Shown in pieces: positions 6,961-16,433 of a stretch of 64,000 nt of DNA. Below the pieces are notes generated by a model. That model did not search any database and was not told the DNA's origin. It saw only the letters and a list, made by a program, of their open reading frames with translations. The DNA comes from Bacillota bacterium (lineage in GTDB: Bacteria > Bacillota > UBA4882 > UBA10575). Positions within the stretch are counted from its first letter, which is position 1. Each line of letters starts with the position of its first letter. A program made the position numbers and the translations under genes. Where the stretch lies: positions 28,622 through 92,621 of the forward strand of contig JAAYGG010000144.1 in NCBI GenBank assembly GCA_012727895.1, read 5' to 3'.

Positions 6961-8352
6961 ATGAGGTATACCGGTAAAAAAGTGGCGGTCATCGGTTTGG
7001 GCGTTAACAACACACCGTTAATACGGTTTCTGGTGGAACAGGGCGCCGAAGTAAGCGTACTGGATAGAAAAAACCGGGATGAACTCCGGGAATATCTGGA
7101 CCAACTGGCGGGGCTCCCGGTCACTTACCATTTGGGCCCGGATTACCTTGAATATTTGCGCGGGCAGGAAGTGGTTTTCCTCTCCCCCGGCGTCCCAAAA
7201 AACCTCCCCGCCTTGCAAGAGGCGGCGGCCAGTGGTGCGGTTTTCAGCAGTGAGCTTGAGGTCTTTTTCGCCGAAAACCGGCAGCGGAGCCGTGCGCCGG
7301 TCATTGGGATTACGGGGAGTTGCGGGAAGACCACCACCACCACTATGCTCGGGCTGATGCTGGAAAAGGAGAAACCGGTCCGGGTGGGGGGGAATATCGG
7401 CCGGCCGCCGCTGACCTTTTTACCGGAATTGACCCCGGAAACCTGGGTTGTTCTTGAACTCAGCAGCTTTCAATTGCAGGATTTGGGTTACAGCCCCCAA
7501 ATAGCTGTTTTACTGAACATCACCCCCAACCACCTTGATGTCCATAGTTCTTTTGACGAATATGTCCAGGCCAAAGAGGAGATCATCAAAAACCAGTCCG
7601 GCGACGATCTTGCCATCTTCAATTGGGATAACCCGGTCACCCGCCGGTTGGCCGCGAATGCCAAGGGCAAAGTCTATTTCTTTTCCCGGCGTCTCCAGCC
7701 GGAAACCGGCGCCTTCGTCAAAAACGGCGATATCATCCTGAGGCTGGACGGGAAGAATGAAGAGTACATTTGCCCTGCGGCGGAAAAACGGCTTCCGGGG
7801 GAGCACAATTTGGAGAATATCCTTGCCGCCGCCCTCGCCGCCCGCCTGGCCGGCGTTTCCCCGGCGGCAATCGCCAGTGTTATCCGGGAATTCAAAGGGG
7901 TGGAGCACCGCCTGGAATTCCTCAGGGAACTGGACGGGGTCGTTTATTACAACGATTCGAAGGCCACCACCCCCGAGGAGACCATAGCCGGGTTGCGCGC
8001 CCTTTCTGTGCCGGTGGTTTTGATTGGCGGCGGGTACGATAAGAAATTGCCCTTCACGGAACTGGCCAAAGTGGCGGCGGAAAGGTGCCGGGTGGTGATT
8101 CTGATCGGGGCGACCGCCGGGAAGATCCGGGAGGCCTTGGAAGAGGTGGAGGGGGAGGACCGGTTACTTTCCGAGATCCACCAGGCGGCCTCTTTGGAGG
8201 AAGCGGTGGCAATCGCCAGGAGCAAAGCCGGGCCAGGGGAAGCGGTATTGCTTTCACCGGCTTGCGCCAGTTATGATATGTTCCGCAATTTTGAAGAACG
8301 GGGACGGCGCTTTAAGGAACTGGTCTTTGGTATACAACCGCGAAAAAAGTGA
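6961..8352 (+). CDS. murD: UDP-N-acetylmuramoyl-L-alanine--D-glutamate ligase
   Basis: N-terminal Rossmann motif GKKVAVIGLGVNN, Mur-ligase P-loop GITGSCGKTTTT, NITPNHLDVH, EHRLE and DSKATTP motifs. GTG 6949 is an alternative start. Confidence 0.85.
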   Translation: MRYTGKKVAVIGLGVNNTPLIRFLVEQGAEVSVLDRKNRDELREYLDQLAGLPVTYHLGPDYLEYLRGQEVVFLSPGVPKNLPALQEAAASGAVFSSELEVFFAENRQRSRAPVIGITGSCGKTTTTTMLGLMLEKEKPVRVGGNIGRPPLTFLPELTPETWVVLELSSFQLQDLGYSPQIAVLLNITPNHLDVHSSFDEYVQAKEEIIKNQSGDDLAIFNWDNPVTRRLAANAKGKVYFFSRRLQPETGAFVKNGDIILRLDGKNEEYICPAAEKRLPGEHNLENILAAALAARLAGVSPAAIASVIREFKGVEHRLEFLRELDGVVYYNDSKATTPEETIAGLRALSVPVVLIGGGYDKKLPFTELAKVAAERCRVVILIGATAGKIREALEEVEGEDRLLSEIHQAASLEEAVAIARSKAGPGEAVLLSPACASYDMFRNFEERGRRFKELVFGIQPRKK

Positions 8353-8370
8353 GGATGGGAGGGGCGCCAG

Positions 8371-8598
8371 TTGTGGACTGTTCTATATATTGCGCCTAGC
8401 CGGTCGGTGGCTTTTCGTATCCGGAATTTTATGGAAGCCGAGGGGATCCTGGTTCGCTTACGCCCTCTTGGCCTGCGGACCAATGATCATAGTGCCGAAT
8501 ATGAAGTTTTAGTGACCGAGGCGGAGGTGGAGGAGGCGCAGGAAGTCTTGAACCAAGCCCTTCAAGTGCGCCAATACAGGGAGTTAAGAACGAAGTAA
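8371..8598 (+). CDS. Small conserved protein, DUF2007-like fold candidate
   Basis: 75 aa with a TTG start behind GGGAGGGG. The pattern VLYIAPSRSVAFRIRNFMEAEGILV...EYEVLVTEAEVEEAQEVL resembles the small putative signal-transducing domain family. Confidence 0.35.
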   Translation: MWTVLYIAPSRSVAFRIRNFMEAEGILVRLRPLGLRTNDHSAEYEVLVTEAEVEEAQEVLNQALQVRQYRELRTK

Positions 8599-8688
8599 CA
8601 TATTACAGAAGGATTTATCAGAGATTTGCCGAATAATTCTACTTTATATTTTTCAAGGCTGTGGCAGGACGGTGAGGTGTTGTCATCA

Positions 8689-9600
8689 ATGTTAAAAGAC
8701 CTTTTTAAGCCGAAACCCAAATATGTAACGATCCGGCGGCCGGAGGAGAGGGGAATCCAACCCGGGCAACCGGAGAAAAAAGAACTCCCCGACGGCCTGT
8801 GGGTTAAATGTAATAATTGCCGGCAGATTATCTACCATAAGGATTTGGAAGCCAACTTAAAAGTTTGCCCGAAATGCAATTACCATTTCCGGCTGCGGGC
8901 CGGCGAACGCATTGCCTACCTTTTTGACGCCGGCAGCGTCCAGGAGAGTAATTCCGGGCTGATCTCAAAGAACCCGTTGGGGTTCCCCGAGTATGAAGAG
9001 AAAGTCGAAAAGGCCCGGAAAAGAACGGGATTGAATGAGGGTGTAATTACCGGAGTCGCAAAGGTTAAAAATATACCTTGCGTCTTTTCTGTGATGGATT
9101 TTGGCTTTATGGGCGGTTCCATGGGTTCGGTAGTAGGGGAGAAAATCAGCAGGGCTTTTGAATATGCGGCCGAGCACAACCTGCCGGTGGTAAGCGTCAC
9201 CGCCGGCGGCGGGGGCGCCCGCATGCAGGAAGGCATTATTTCCCTGATGCAGATGGCCAAAACGTGCCAGGCCTTAAACCGCTTGCAGGAGAAGGGGATT
9301 TTTTACCTGTCCATCCTGACCGACCCGACGATGGGCGGGGTCTTTGCCAGTTTTGCCTCCCTGGGTGATGTCGTTATTGCCGAACCCGGGGCTTTGATTG
9401 GTTTTGCCGGCCCCCGGGTGATTGAGCAGACCATCCGGCAAACGCTGCCACCGGGATTCCAGCGCTCCGAATTCCTCCTGGAACACGGGATCATCGATCT
9501 GATTGTAGAACGGAAAAACCTCCGGGAGACAGTGGCCCGCCTCTTACGTTTCCACCAGAGAGATCAGGTGGGCAAGGAAGAGGTGAGTAAAGATGCGTAA
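8689..9600 (+). CDS. accD: Acetyl-CoA carboxylase carboxyltransferase beta subunit
   Basis: Zn ribbon CNNCRQ...CPKCNYH followed by a carboxyltransferase domain ([20 protein letters not shown]). ATG 8689 lies behind GGTGAGGTG. Confidence 0.9.
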   Translation: MLKDLFKPKPKYVTIRRPEERGIQPGQPEKKELPDGLWVKCNNCRQIIYHKDLEANLKVCPKCNYHFRLRAGERIAYLFDAGSVQESNSGLISKNPLGFPEYEEKVEKARKRTGLNEGVITGVAKVKNIPCVFSVMDFGFMGGSMGSVVGEKISRAFEYAAEHNLPVVSVTAGGGGARMQEGIISLMQMAKTCQALNRLQEKGIFYLSILTDPTMGGVFASFASLGDVVIAEPGALIGFAGPRVIEQTIRQTLPPGFQRSEFLLEHGIIDLIVERKNLRETVARLLRFHQRDQVGKEEVSKDA

Positions 9601-10588
9601 TGAAGACAGCTACAGCATGGATTTTGAAAAACCGTTGCGGGAATTGGAAAGGCAGATCAAGGAGATCGAGCTCTTCGCCAAGGAAAAAGAGATTGACATG
9701 AGCGAAGAGATCGCGCGCCTGCAAGCTAAAGAAGAGGCCCTGAAGAAGAAGATCTATAGCGAACTGACCCGCTGGCAGAAGGTGCAGATTGCCCGTCATC
9801 CCAAACGCCCTACTTTCCTGGAGTTTGTTGCGATGATCTTCACCGATTTCCTGGAGTTGCACGGCGACCGGTTGTTCCGGGACGACCCGGCGATGATCGG
9901 CGGCCTCGCTTACCTGGACGGGATCCCCGTCACCGTGGTGGGGCAGCAGAAAGGCCGCGATACCAAGGAGAACATCTACAGGAATTTCGGGATGCCGCAC
10001 CCGGAGGGCTACCGTAAAGCCCTGCGTTTGATGAAACAGGCGGCCAAATTTAAACGGCCGATCATCACCCTCATCGATGTGGTGGGGGCTTACCCCGGGA
10101 TCGAAGCGGAAGAAAGGGGACAGGGGGAGGCGGTGGCCCGGTCGATTATGGAGATGGCGGCCCTGGAGACCCCGATTATCGCCGTGATTACCGGCGAAGG
10201 CGGGAGCGGCGGTGCCCTTGGGATCGGTGTGGGAGACCGCGTTCTCATGTTGGAGCACGCTTACTACTCAGTGATTTCCCCCGAGGGTTGTGCTTCGATT
10301 CTATGGAAAAATGCGGCGGAGGCTCCGCAGGCTGTGGAAGCCCTGCGGGTCACAGCGGAAGACCTTTTGGAACTGCAGGTGATAGATGAGATTATCCCCG
10401 AACCGTTGGGCGGTGCGCACCACGATCCGGAGAAAACCGCCCAGATCATTAAAGAGGCTTTGATTCGCCATTTAACCCCATTATTGGAATACACGGGCGA
10501 ACGGTTACTGGCAGAGCGGTATGAAAAATACCGGAAGATCGGGGTTTTTGAGGAGATAGAGAGCGACCAGGAGAGCACTGGGGAGTAG
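9593..10588 (+). CDS. accA: Acetyl-CoA carboxylase carboxyltransferase alpha subunit
   Basis: [35 protein letters not shown] and [10 protein letters not shown] motifs. The start overlaps the accD stop. Confidence 0.9.
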   Translation: MRNEDSYSMDFEKPLRELERQIKEIELFAKEKEIDMSEEIARLQAKEEALKKKIYSELTRWQKVQIARHPKRPTFLEFVAMIFTDFLELHGDRLFRDDPAMIGGLAYLDGIPVTVVGQQKGRDTKENIYRNFGMPHPEGYRKALRLMKQAAKFKRPIITLIDVVGAYPGIEAEERGQGEAVARSIMEMAALETPIIAVITGEGGSGGALGIGVGDRVLMLEHAYYSVISPEGCASILWKNAAEAPQAVEALRVTAEDLLELQVIDEIIPEPLGGAHHDPEKTAQIIKEALIRHLTPLLEYTGERLLAERYEKYRKIGVFEEIESDQESTGE

Positions 10589-10625
10589 TTTTTAAGTTGC
10601 AACGCTAAGGAGGAAACCGGTATCT

Positions 10626-11624
10626 ATGAAAAAAATTGCTGTTATCACCAGCGGTGGGGATGCCCCGGGAATGAACGCAGCCATCCGGGCGGTGACCTTA
10701 AAGGCGCTCCACGAAGGTTGCCAGGTTTTCGGGGTGAAAAAGGGTTATCAAGGACTGATCACCGGCGAAATTGTGGAACTTACTTCCTTTGCGGTGTCCG
10801 AGATTTTGCACAGGGGCGGGACGATCCTCTTTTCCACCAGGTGCCCGGAGTTTAAAACAGAAGAAGGAATGAAAAAAGCCAAGAAACAACTGGAACGGTT
10901 AGGCATTGACGGCCTGGTGGTGATCGGCGGCGACGGTTCTTTCCGGGGCGCCATGGATCTGAGTAAAATGGGGTTTGCGGTGGTCGGCATCCCGGCGACC
11001 ATCGATAATGACATTGGCGGGACGGAACTTTCATTGGGTTTTGATACCGCAGTCAATACGGCACTGGATGCCATCAACAAGATTAGAGATACCGCCATCT
11101 CCCACGAACGGGTTTATGTCATCGAAGTCATGGGGAGGAACGCCGGGTTCATCGCCCTCTATGCCGGCCTCGCCGGGGCGGCCGACGCCATCCTCATTCC
11201 CGAGGTCGAACCGGACCTGGACGAAGTGGTTTTCAGGGTGAAAAATGCCACCGCCAAAGGACGGGGCCATTCCATTGTCGTGGTTGCCGAGGGGCTTTTC
11301 GGGAACCCCATGAGCGGGCGGAACACCGCGGAAAGCAGCGCCTTTAAAGTCGGCAACTATGTGATGGAAAAGACGGGGAAAGACACAAGAATCACCATTC
11401 TCGGCCACTTGCAGCGGGGCGGTTCCCCGTCGGCGACCGACCGGATCCTGGGGACCAGGTTCGGAGCGAAAGCCGTGGAACAGCTCTTGAGCGGCGACAC
11501 CGAGAAAATGCTGGGGTGGAATAAGAATGAGATTACCGTCGCGCCGCTGCAGGAGGGGATCGGCAAACGAAACGTCCTGGATCTCTCCCTCTTGTCCCTG
11601 GCCGACCTCCTGGCTGTGACCTGA
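10626..11624 (+). CDS. pfkA: ATP-dependent 6-phosphofructokinase
   Basis: ITSGGDAPGMNAAIRAV, GGDGS, PATIDND and MGRNAG motifs. Confidence 0.9.
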   Translation: MKKIAVITSGGDAPGMNAAIRAVTLKALHEGCQVFGVKKGYQGLITGEIVELTSFAVSEILHRGGTILFSTRCPEFKTEEGMKKAKKQLERLGIDGLVVIGGDGSFRGAMDLSKMGFAVVGIPATIDNDIGGTELSLGFDTAVNTALDAINKIRDTAISHERVYVIEVMGRNAGFIALYAGLAGAADAILIPEVEPDLDEVVFRVKNATAKGRGHSIVVVAEGLFGNPMSGRNTAESSAFKVGNYVMEKTGKDTRITILGHLQRGGSPSATDRILGTRFGAKAVEQLLSGDTEKMLGWNKNEITVAPLQEGIGKRNVLDLSLLSLADLLAVT

Positions 11625-11697
11625 GGCAAAGGAAGCGCATGAAAGGGCAAGACCCGCGTGAAGGAGTAATGAAGGAGTAATAAAGGGGCGGTTGTGG

Positions 11698-13200
11698 ATG
11701 AAAAGAACGAAAATTGTTTGTACCTTGGGGCCGGCCACCAGCTCGCCCCAGGTGATCAAAGAATTGATCCGGGCGGGGATGGATGTGGCCCGGATTAACC
11801 TCTCCCACGGCGCCCATGAGGAACACAGGGAAAGGATCCGGCTCGTCCGGCGGATCGCCGGGGAGATGCAGAAAGAGATCGGGATCCTCGCCGATCTGCA
11901 GGGGCCGAAGATCCGCACGGGTGAATTGCCGGAACCCATGGAATTAAGAGAAGGAATGCGGCTCAGCCTGCGCTGGGCGGGGGTGAAGACGCCGCCGCCG
12001 GCAGCGATGCCTGTAATCACCGTGGACTATCCTCATCTGGCCACCGATTTGAAAGCAGGAAACATGGTTTACCTGCGCGACGGCCTCCTCCACCTTAGGG
12101 TGGAGAAAGTCATACAAGAAGATGTTTACTGCCGCGTGATTAAAGGCGGCGAACTTTCATCCCGGCAAGGGGTGGCCCTTCCCGGTGTTTCGCTGAGCCT
12201 GCCGGCGGTAACCGAGAAAGACCTGGTCGATCTGGATTTTTTGTTAAAAGAAGGGGTGGATTTCATCGCCCTCTCCTTTGTCCGGCGCGCGGAGCACATT
12301 GACGAGGTGCGCCGGATTATTGCCGGGATCAAGGAGAAGACCCCGGAAATCTGCACCGGGGGCCCTTGCCTGATTGCGAAGATCGAAAATGAAGAGGGCT
12401 TTAAGAAGCGGGGCGAGATCCTGGCGGCGGCCGACGGCATCATGGTGGCCCGGGGCGATTTGGGGGTGGAGGTTCCCCCGGAAGAGGTTCCCCTCTTGCA
12501 AGAATCCCTGATTGAACTGGCCAACCGGCTTGGGAAGCCGGTAATTACCGCCACCGAGATGCTGGAATCAATGGTGAGAAACCCCCGCCCCACCAGGGCG
12601 GAGGTGACCGACATCGCCCATGCCATCATCAGCGGGACCGACGCGGTGATGCTCTCCGCCGAGACGGCGGTCGGCCGTTACCCGGTGCAGGCGGTGGAGA
12701 TGATGGCCCGGGTGGCCCGGAGGATTGAGAGTTCCCTCAATTACGCCGAGCACCTCGAGCGCCGCCAGAAGAACCGGGGGAAGAAAAACCTGGGGGTGGC
12801 GGAGGCGATCAGCCACGCCACGTGCCAGATCGCCCTGGACCTGGGGGCGCAGGCGATTATCACCGCAACGCAGTCGGGTGGTACGGCCCGGATGGTCTCG
12901 ATGTACCGGCCCCGGGCGCCGATCCTGGCGGCCACGCCCAACCTGGATGTGGCCAGGACCCTCTCGCTCTCCTGGGGAGTCACCGCCATGCTGGTTCCCG
13001 CGACCACCACCACCGACGCCACCCTGGATGTGAGCGTGCAGGCGGCGGTGGAGCACCGGTTCGTGAAAAAGGGCGACCTGGTGGTGATCACCGGCGGCCT
13101 GCGGACGGGGATCCCGGGTACCACCAACCTTCTCCAGGTACACGAGATTGAAACGGAAGCCCGCGATACAGACCCGGAGGGAGAACCGGCAGGGGAGTAA
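11698..13200 (+). CDS. pyk: Pyruvate kinase
   Basis: KIVCTLGPAT, NLSHG, IAKIENEEG and MVARGDLGVE motifs. ATG 11698 lies behind AAAGGGG. Confidence 0.9.
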   Translation: MKRTKIVCTLGPATSSPQVIKELIRAGMDVARINLSHGAHEEHRERIRLVRRIAGEMQKEIGILADLQGPKIRTGELPEPMELREGMRLSLRWAGVKTPPPAAMPVITVDYPHLATDLKAGNMVYLRDGLLHLRVEKVIQEDVYCRVIKGGELSSRQGVALPGVSLSLPAVTEKDLVDLDFLLKEGVDFIALSFVRRAEHIDEVRRIIAGIKEKTPEICTGGPCLIAKIENEEGFKKRGEILAAADGIMVARGDLGVEVPPEEVPLLQESLIELANRLGKPVITATEMLESMVRNPRPTRAEVTDIAHAIISGTDAVMLSAETAVGRYPVQAVEMMARVARRIESSLNYAEHLERRQKNRGKKNLGVAEAISHATCQIALDLGAQAIITATQSGGTARMVSMYRPRAPILAATPNLDVARTLSLSWGVTAMLVPATTTTDATLDVSVQAAVEHRFVKKGDLVVITGGLRTGIPGTTNLLQVHEIETEARDTDPEGEPAGE

Positions 13201-13331
13201 TTTGTCATGGAAGCGTCGGGTGAATCTGTTACCAATAACACGGGGGTGTGCATGCCACCGGTTGCGTAGGTGAAAGTACGGGCAAGAGGCATACGGGGCA
13301 TCCGGAAGACGAAGGATCCGGAAGGTGTATC

Positions 13332-14903
13332 ATGCGGAGGATAAAACCCTTATTAATCGGGCTTTATGATTATAACCACTTGGGACTGAGGTACCTGTCT
13401 TCCCGTCTGAAAAGCGGCGGGTATGAACCGGTCTTATTTTTTGTCAAGAGGTTTGCCAGCCACAAGACCACGGAACCCTCACCCGGGGAATACCGGCTCC
13501 TGGCTGAGAAAGCGCGGGAACTGGCCCCTGATTTTATCGGGATAAGCGTTATGTCCTCCTTATACCTCCAGGTGGCCATCGACCTCACCCGGATCCTGCG
13601 GGAGGCCACCGGCGCGCCGGTGCTTTGGGGAGGTGTCCACCCCACCCTTTTCCCTGAAGAGAGCCTGGAATATGCGGATTTTGTCATCAGGGGCGAAGGC
13701 GAAGACGCGCTCCTGGAATTCTGCGACCTCCTTGCCGCCGGCCGGGACTGGCGGGCGCTGCAAAACCTTTGTTACCGTGAGGAAAAAACGGGCGAAATCC
13801 GGATCAACCCTCTCCGCCCGTTGCGCCAGGACTTGGACGGGCTCCCCTTTCCGGACCTGGGGCCGGGGAACAAGTATTACCTGGCCGGCAACGGGCTGGT
13901 GGCCGGGGAACCGCTGGCCGGGAGGTACTCCTATGAACTGATTGGCTCCCGCGGCTGCCCCTACCGGTGTTCCTTCTGTTGCAACGCCGGCCTCCGCGAT
14001 CTTTACCGGGGAAAAGGGAGATACCTTCGCCTGCGCAGTGTGGAAAATGTGATTGCCGAGATCAAAGAGGCCCGGGAAAACCTGCCCCGGTTGAGCCTCC
14101 TCCGTTTCTGGGACGAGATCTTCCCGGCAAAGAGAGAATGGGTGGAGGAGTTTGCCCGCAGATACCGGCAGGAGGTGGGGTTGCCCTTTGAGATCTGGGG
14201 CCACCCCAACCATATCGAGGAGGAGAATATTAAACGGCTGGTCGCGGCCGGCCTGGAAAAGATCGTCGTTGGGTTTCAGAGCGGGTCGCCGCGGGTCCGG
14301 AAGGAGATCTACAACCGCGGGGAGACCCAGGAGCAGATCCTGGCCGGCGGGAGAATCCTGGCTGCAGCCGGGGTACCGGTGGTCGTCTATGACCTCATCC
14401 TTGACCATCCCTTTGAGACCCCCGGCGATCTCCGGGAGACCCTGGAATTCTGCTTAAAAATCCCCAAACCCTTCCGCCTGCAACTGCACGGTTTGAGCCT
14501 GCTGCCGGGGACCGCCGTCCGGCGGATGGCAGTGGAAAAGGGGGCCAGGACCCCTGCGGAGATTGAGGCGGAATTCCGCCGCCCCTTGCTCGAGCAATAC
14601 CGGGATATCCACTGGTGGCGCCGGGGAAGGGGCGCCCGGGTCCAGCCCTGGAAAACCTATTGGTACACCTTGATCTACCTTTCCCAATTCCCGCTGGGGG
14701 AGAAGATTATCCGGTGGGCCCGGAAAGGTGAAGAAAAACCCCGGAGAAAGCTGGGGGTTCTCCTGGGGTTGCAACGCCTCTTCAACTATTATCTCCTCTG
14801 GAAACTGGGGACTGAAAAACTGAAGCTGGTGGCTGGCGGGAAAAAACAGCGCGCGTCAATGCGAACTCAGCTTAATACATCCCAAATCCCCGGGTCTTCG
14901 TAA
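13332..14903 (+). CDS. B12-binding-domain radical SAM protein (class B), function unknown
   Basis: N-terminal cobalamin-binding-like Rossmann region, then GSRGCPYRCSFCCN (CxxxCxxC). ATG 13332 lies behind GGAAGGTG. Confidence 0.8.
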   Translation: MRRIKPLLIGLYDYNHLGLRYLSSRLKSGGYEPVLFFVKRFASHKTTEPSPGEYRLLAEKARELAPDFIGISVMSSLYLQVAIDLTRILREATGAPVLWGGVHPTLFPEESLEYADFVIRGEGEDALLEFCDLLAAGRDWRALQNLCYREEKTGEIRINPLRPLRQDLDGLPFPDLGPGNKYYLAGNGLVAGEPLAGRYSYELIGSRGCPYRCSFCCNAGLRDLYRGKGRYLRLRSVENVIAEIKEARENLPRLSLLRFWDEIFPAKREWVEEFARRYRQEVGLPFEIWGHPNHIEEENIKRLVAAGLEKIVVGFQSGSPRVRKEIYNRGETQEQILAGGRILAAAGVPVVVYDLILDHPFETPGDLRETLEFCLKIPKPFRLQLHGLSLLPGTAVRRMAVEKGARTPAEIEAEFRRPLLEQYRDIHWWRRGRGARVQPWKTYWYTLIYLSQFPLGEKIIRWARKGEEKPRRKLGVLLGLQRLFNYYLLWKLGTEKLKLVAGGKKQRASMRTQLNTSQIPGSS

Positions 14904-16168
14904 CCCAGGCGCCAGACCGCCACCCCGCGCAGGTTGTATTTGTTGACCAGCCGCATTTTTGCGGCAGTGCTGTGCCGGTTTTCATACCAGACTTCATACT
15001 TGGTTCCCCCTTCCGTATAGGTGAAGAAGGGTGTCTGGTAGCGATCGTGCCACTTCGGGGTGACCTGGTGGCGCCGGATTAAGTTCTCGATCCCCGCGTA
15101 GTTGACGGCCCTCCCGGAACGGTCGCTCCAGGCGTAACCATAGGCGGGCACTCCCATCAGGAGACGGTCGGGGGAGAAGTGCTGGAGACAGTAGGAGATG
15201 GTCCGCTCCACCCACTCGAAAGAAGCGACCGGGCCGGGCGAACTGTTTGTCTGGTGCTGGTCGTAGGTCATGATTACCGCCCAATCCAGGTAAGGGGCGA
15301 GCGCGGAAAAGTCGAACGCCCCCGCCCAGGCGGAATTCTCGGTTGCCGCTGTTTTGGCGGGCAGGGCGGCGGTAACCAGGAAATTATGGGGGCGCAAGGC
15401 GGTTGCCAGTTCCCGGAAGAAAGCCGTCAGATAGAGGCGGTCCCGGGCAGGCACCCCTTCGAAGTCGATATTGACCCCGCTGTAACCTTTCTCCTTGAGC
15501 AGGTTAAGAATGCTGGCAACCGCCTTTTGCCGGGCGCTTTTACTCCTCAGCATGCCGCTGATCACATCCCGGCTGAAGTTCGTCCCTTGAATATTGGTGA
15601 TCACAGCCAGGGTTTTCAAGCCGTTGGTTTGGGCTGTTTTGAGCAGCTCCGGATTGGTTTGGCCGTGGATATTCCCTTCCCGGTCAATCCGGTAGGAAAA
15701 GGGAGCGACGGTGGTAATGACCCCGAGGTTGCCGGTGAGCGACTGCATGGCCCGGAGGTCGCCGCGATAGCTTTCAGCGTAATAACCTATAACTTCACGG
15801 CTGTCATCTTTACCGGCGGGCTGCAGCGCCCATTTCATCACCCAGCCGGTTTGCCCGTCGCCGGTAACCTGGTACCAGCCGTCTTTTTCTTGCCGGATGG
15901 TAAGGGGGTTTCCCCCGGAGATGACCGCCAGAACCGGTGCGTCCACCGAGGGTTCCGCCCTCAGGTTGGCCTCTTTGGCAGTGACCACCGCCCGGCGGGG
16001 AAAGGCCTGTTGCTGGTTTTCCCGCACCGGCGCCCCCGGCGGGGATCCGGGCTGGACAGCCTGCTCACCGCCGCCAAAAAGCGCAGTGGAAAGATAGACG
16101 ATCATCGCTAAAATGGTGGCGATGGTACCCTCTCCCATGTTGTCGCTCCTTTGCCCAGAACTGGTCAT
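14867..16168 (-). CDS. Glycoside hydrolase family 18 protein with N-terminal membrane anchor and SH3b-like domain (YaaH/SleL-like peptidoglycan/cortex hydrolase candidate)
   Basis: TM helix IATILAMIVYLSTALFG, SH3b-like VTAKEANLRAEPS...DGWYQV...GWV, and the GH18 catalytic signature GVNIDFEG. Confidence 0.7.
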   Translation of the reverse strand: MTSSGQRSDNMGEGTIATILAMIVYLSTALFGGGEQAVQPGSPPGAPVRENQQQAFPRRAVVTAKEANLRAEPSVDAPVLAVISGGNPLTIRQEKDGWYQVTGDGQTGWVMKWALQPAGKDDSREVIGYYAESYRGDLRAMQSLTGNLGVITTVAPFSYRIDREGNIHGQTNPELLKTAQTNGLKTLAVITNIQGTNFSRDVISGMLRSKSARQKAVASILNLLKEKGYSGVNIDFEGVPARDRLYLTAFFRELATALRPHNFLVTAALPAKTAATENSAWAGAFDFSALAPYLDWAVIMTYDQHQTNSSPGPVASFEWVERTISYCLQHFSPDRLLMGVPAYGYAWSDRSGRAVNYAGIENLIRRHQVTPKWHDRYQTPFFTYTEGGTKYEVWYENRHSTAAKMRLVNKYNLRGVAVWRLGYEDPGIWDVLS

Positions 16169-16433
16169 CTTCTTTTACAAATAGTTGCTTTAGGACTTCT
16201 ACAGGTTGCATTCGTTTCCTTTATGTACATATCCCCAGTTTAGAGCGGTTTTACTAGTTTTGCGCGGATTTTTTACAAACGGCAAAAAAAGACGGTAAAA
16301 AAAAGAACAGAAGAGGAATTTCCGCGCTTGTCGCGAATTATCTGAATCTCGGGGAAAATAGTAAGGTAAGGACAAGAAAAGTAAGGACGATAAGAGGTAT
16401 TTATCGAAACAAGCAAACAAGGTGTGACAGCAT

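Noticed and set aside
6393-7124. 243-aa minus-strand ORF and several 60-130-aa ORFs covering the pmbA-murD island.
   Set aside because: ORFs overlap in all six frames, the translations are dominated by R/P/G/A, there is no RBS, and the long one runs antisense into murD. The region is better explained as non-coding structured DNA/RNA.
14867-14903. 37-nt overlap of the 3' ends of the convergent radical SAM and GH18 genes.
   Set aside because: A short convergent overlap is common in compact genomes. There is no extra structure, and I have no basis to propose antisense regulation.
16199-16420. 73-aa minus-strand ORF in the GH18 / M16 peptidase divergent spacer.
   Set aside because: It lies in an AT-rich promoter region and has no RBS. 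The Phe/Leu/Ser/Cys-rich translation is typical of AT-rich non-coding DNA.
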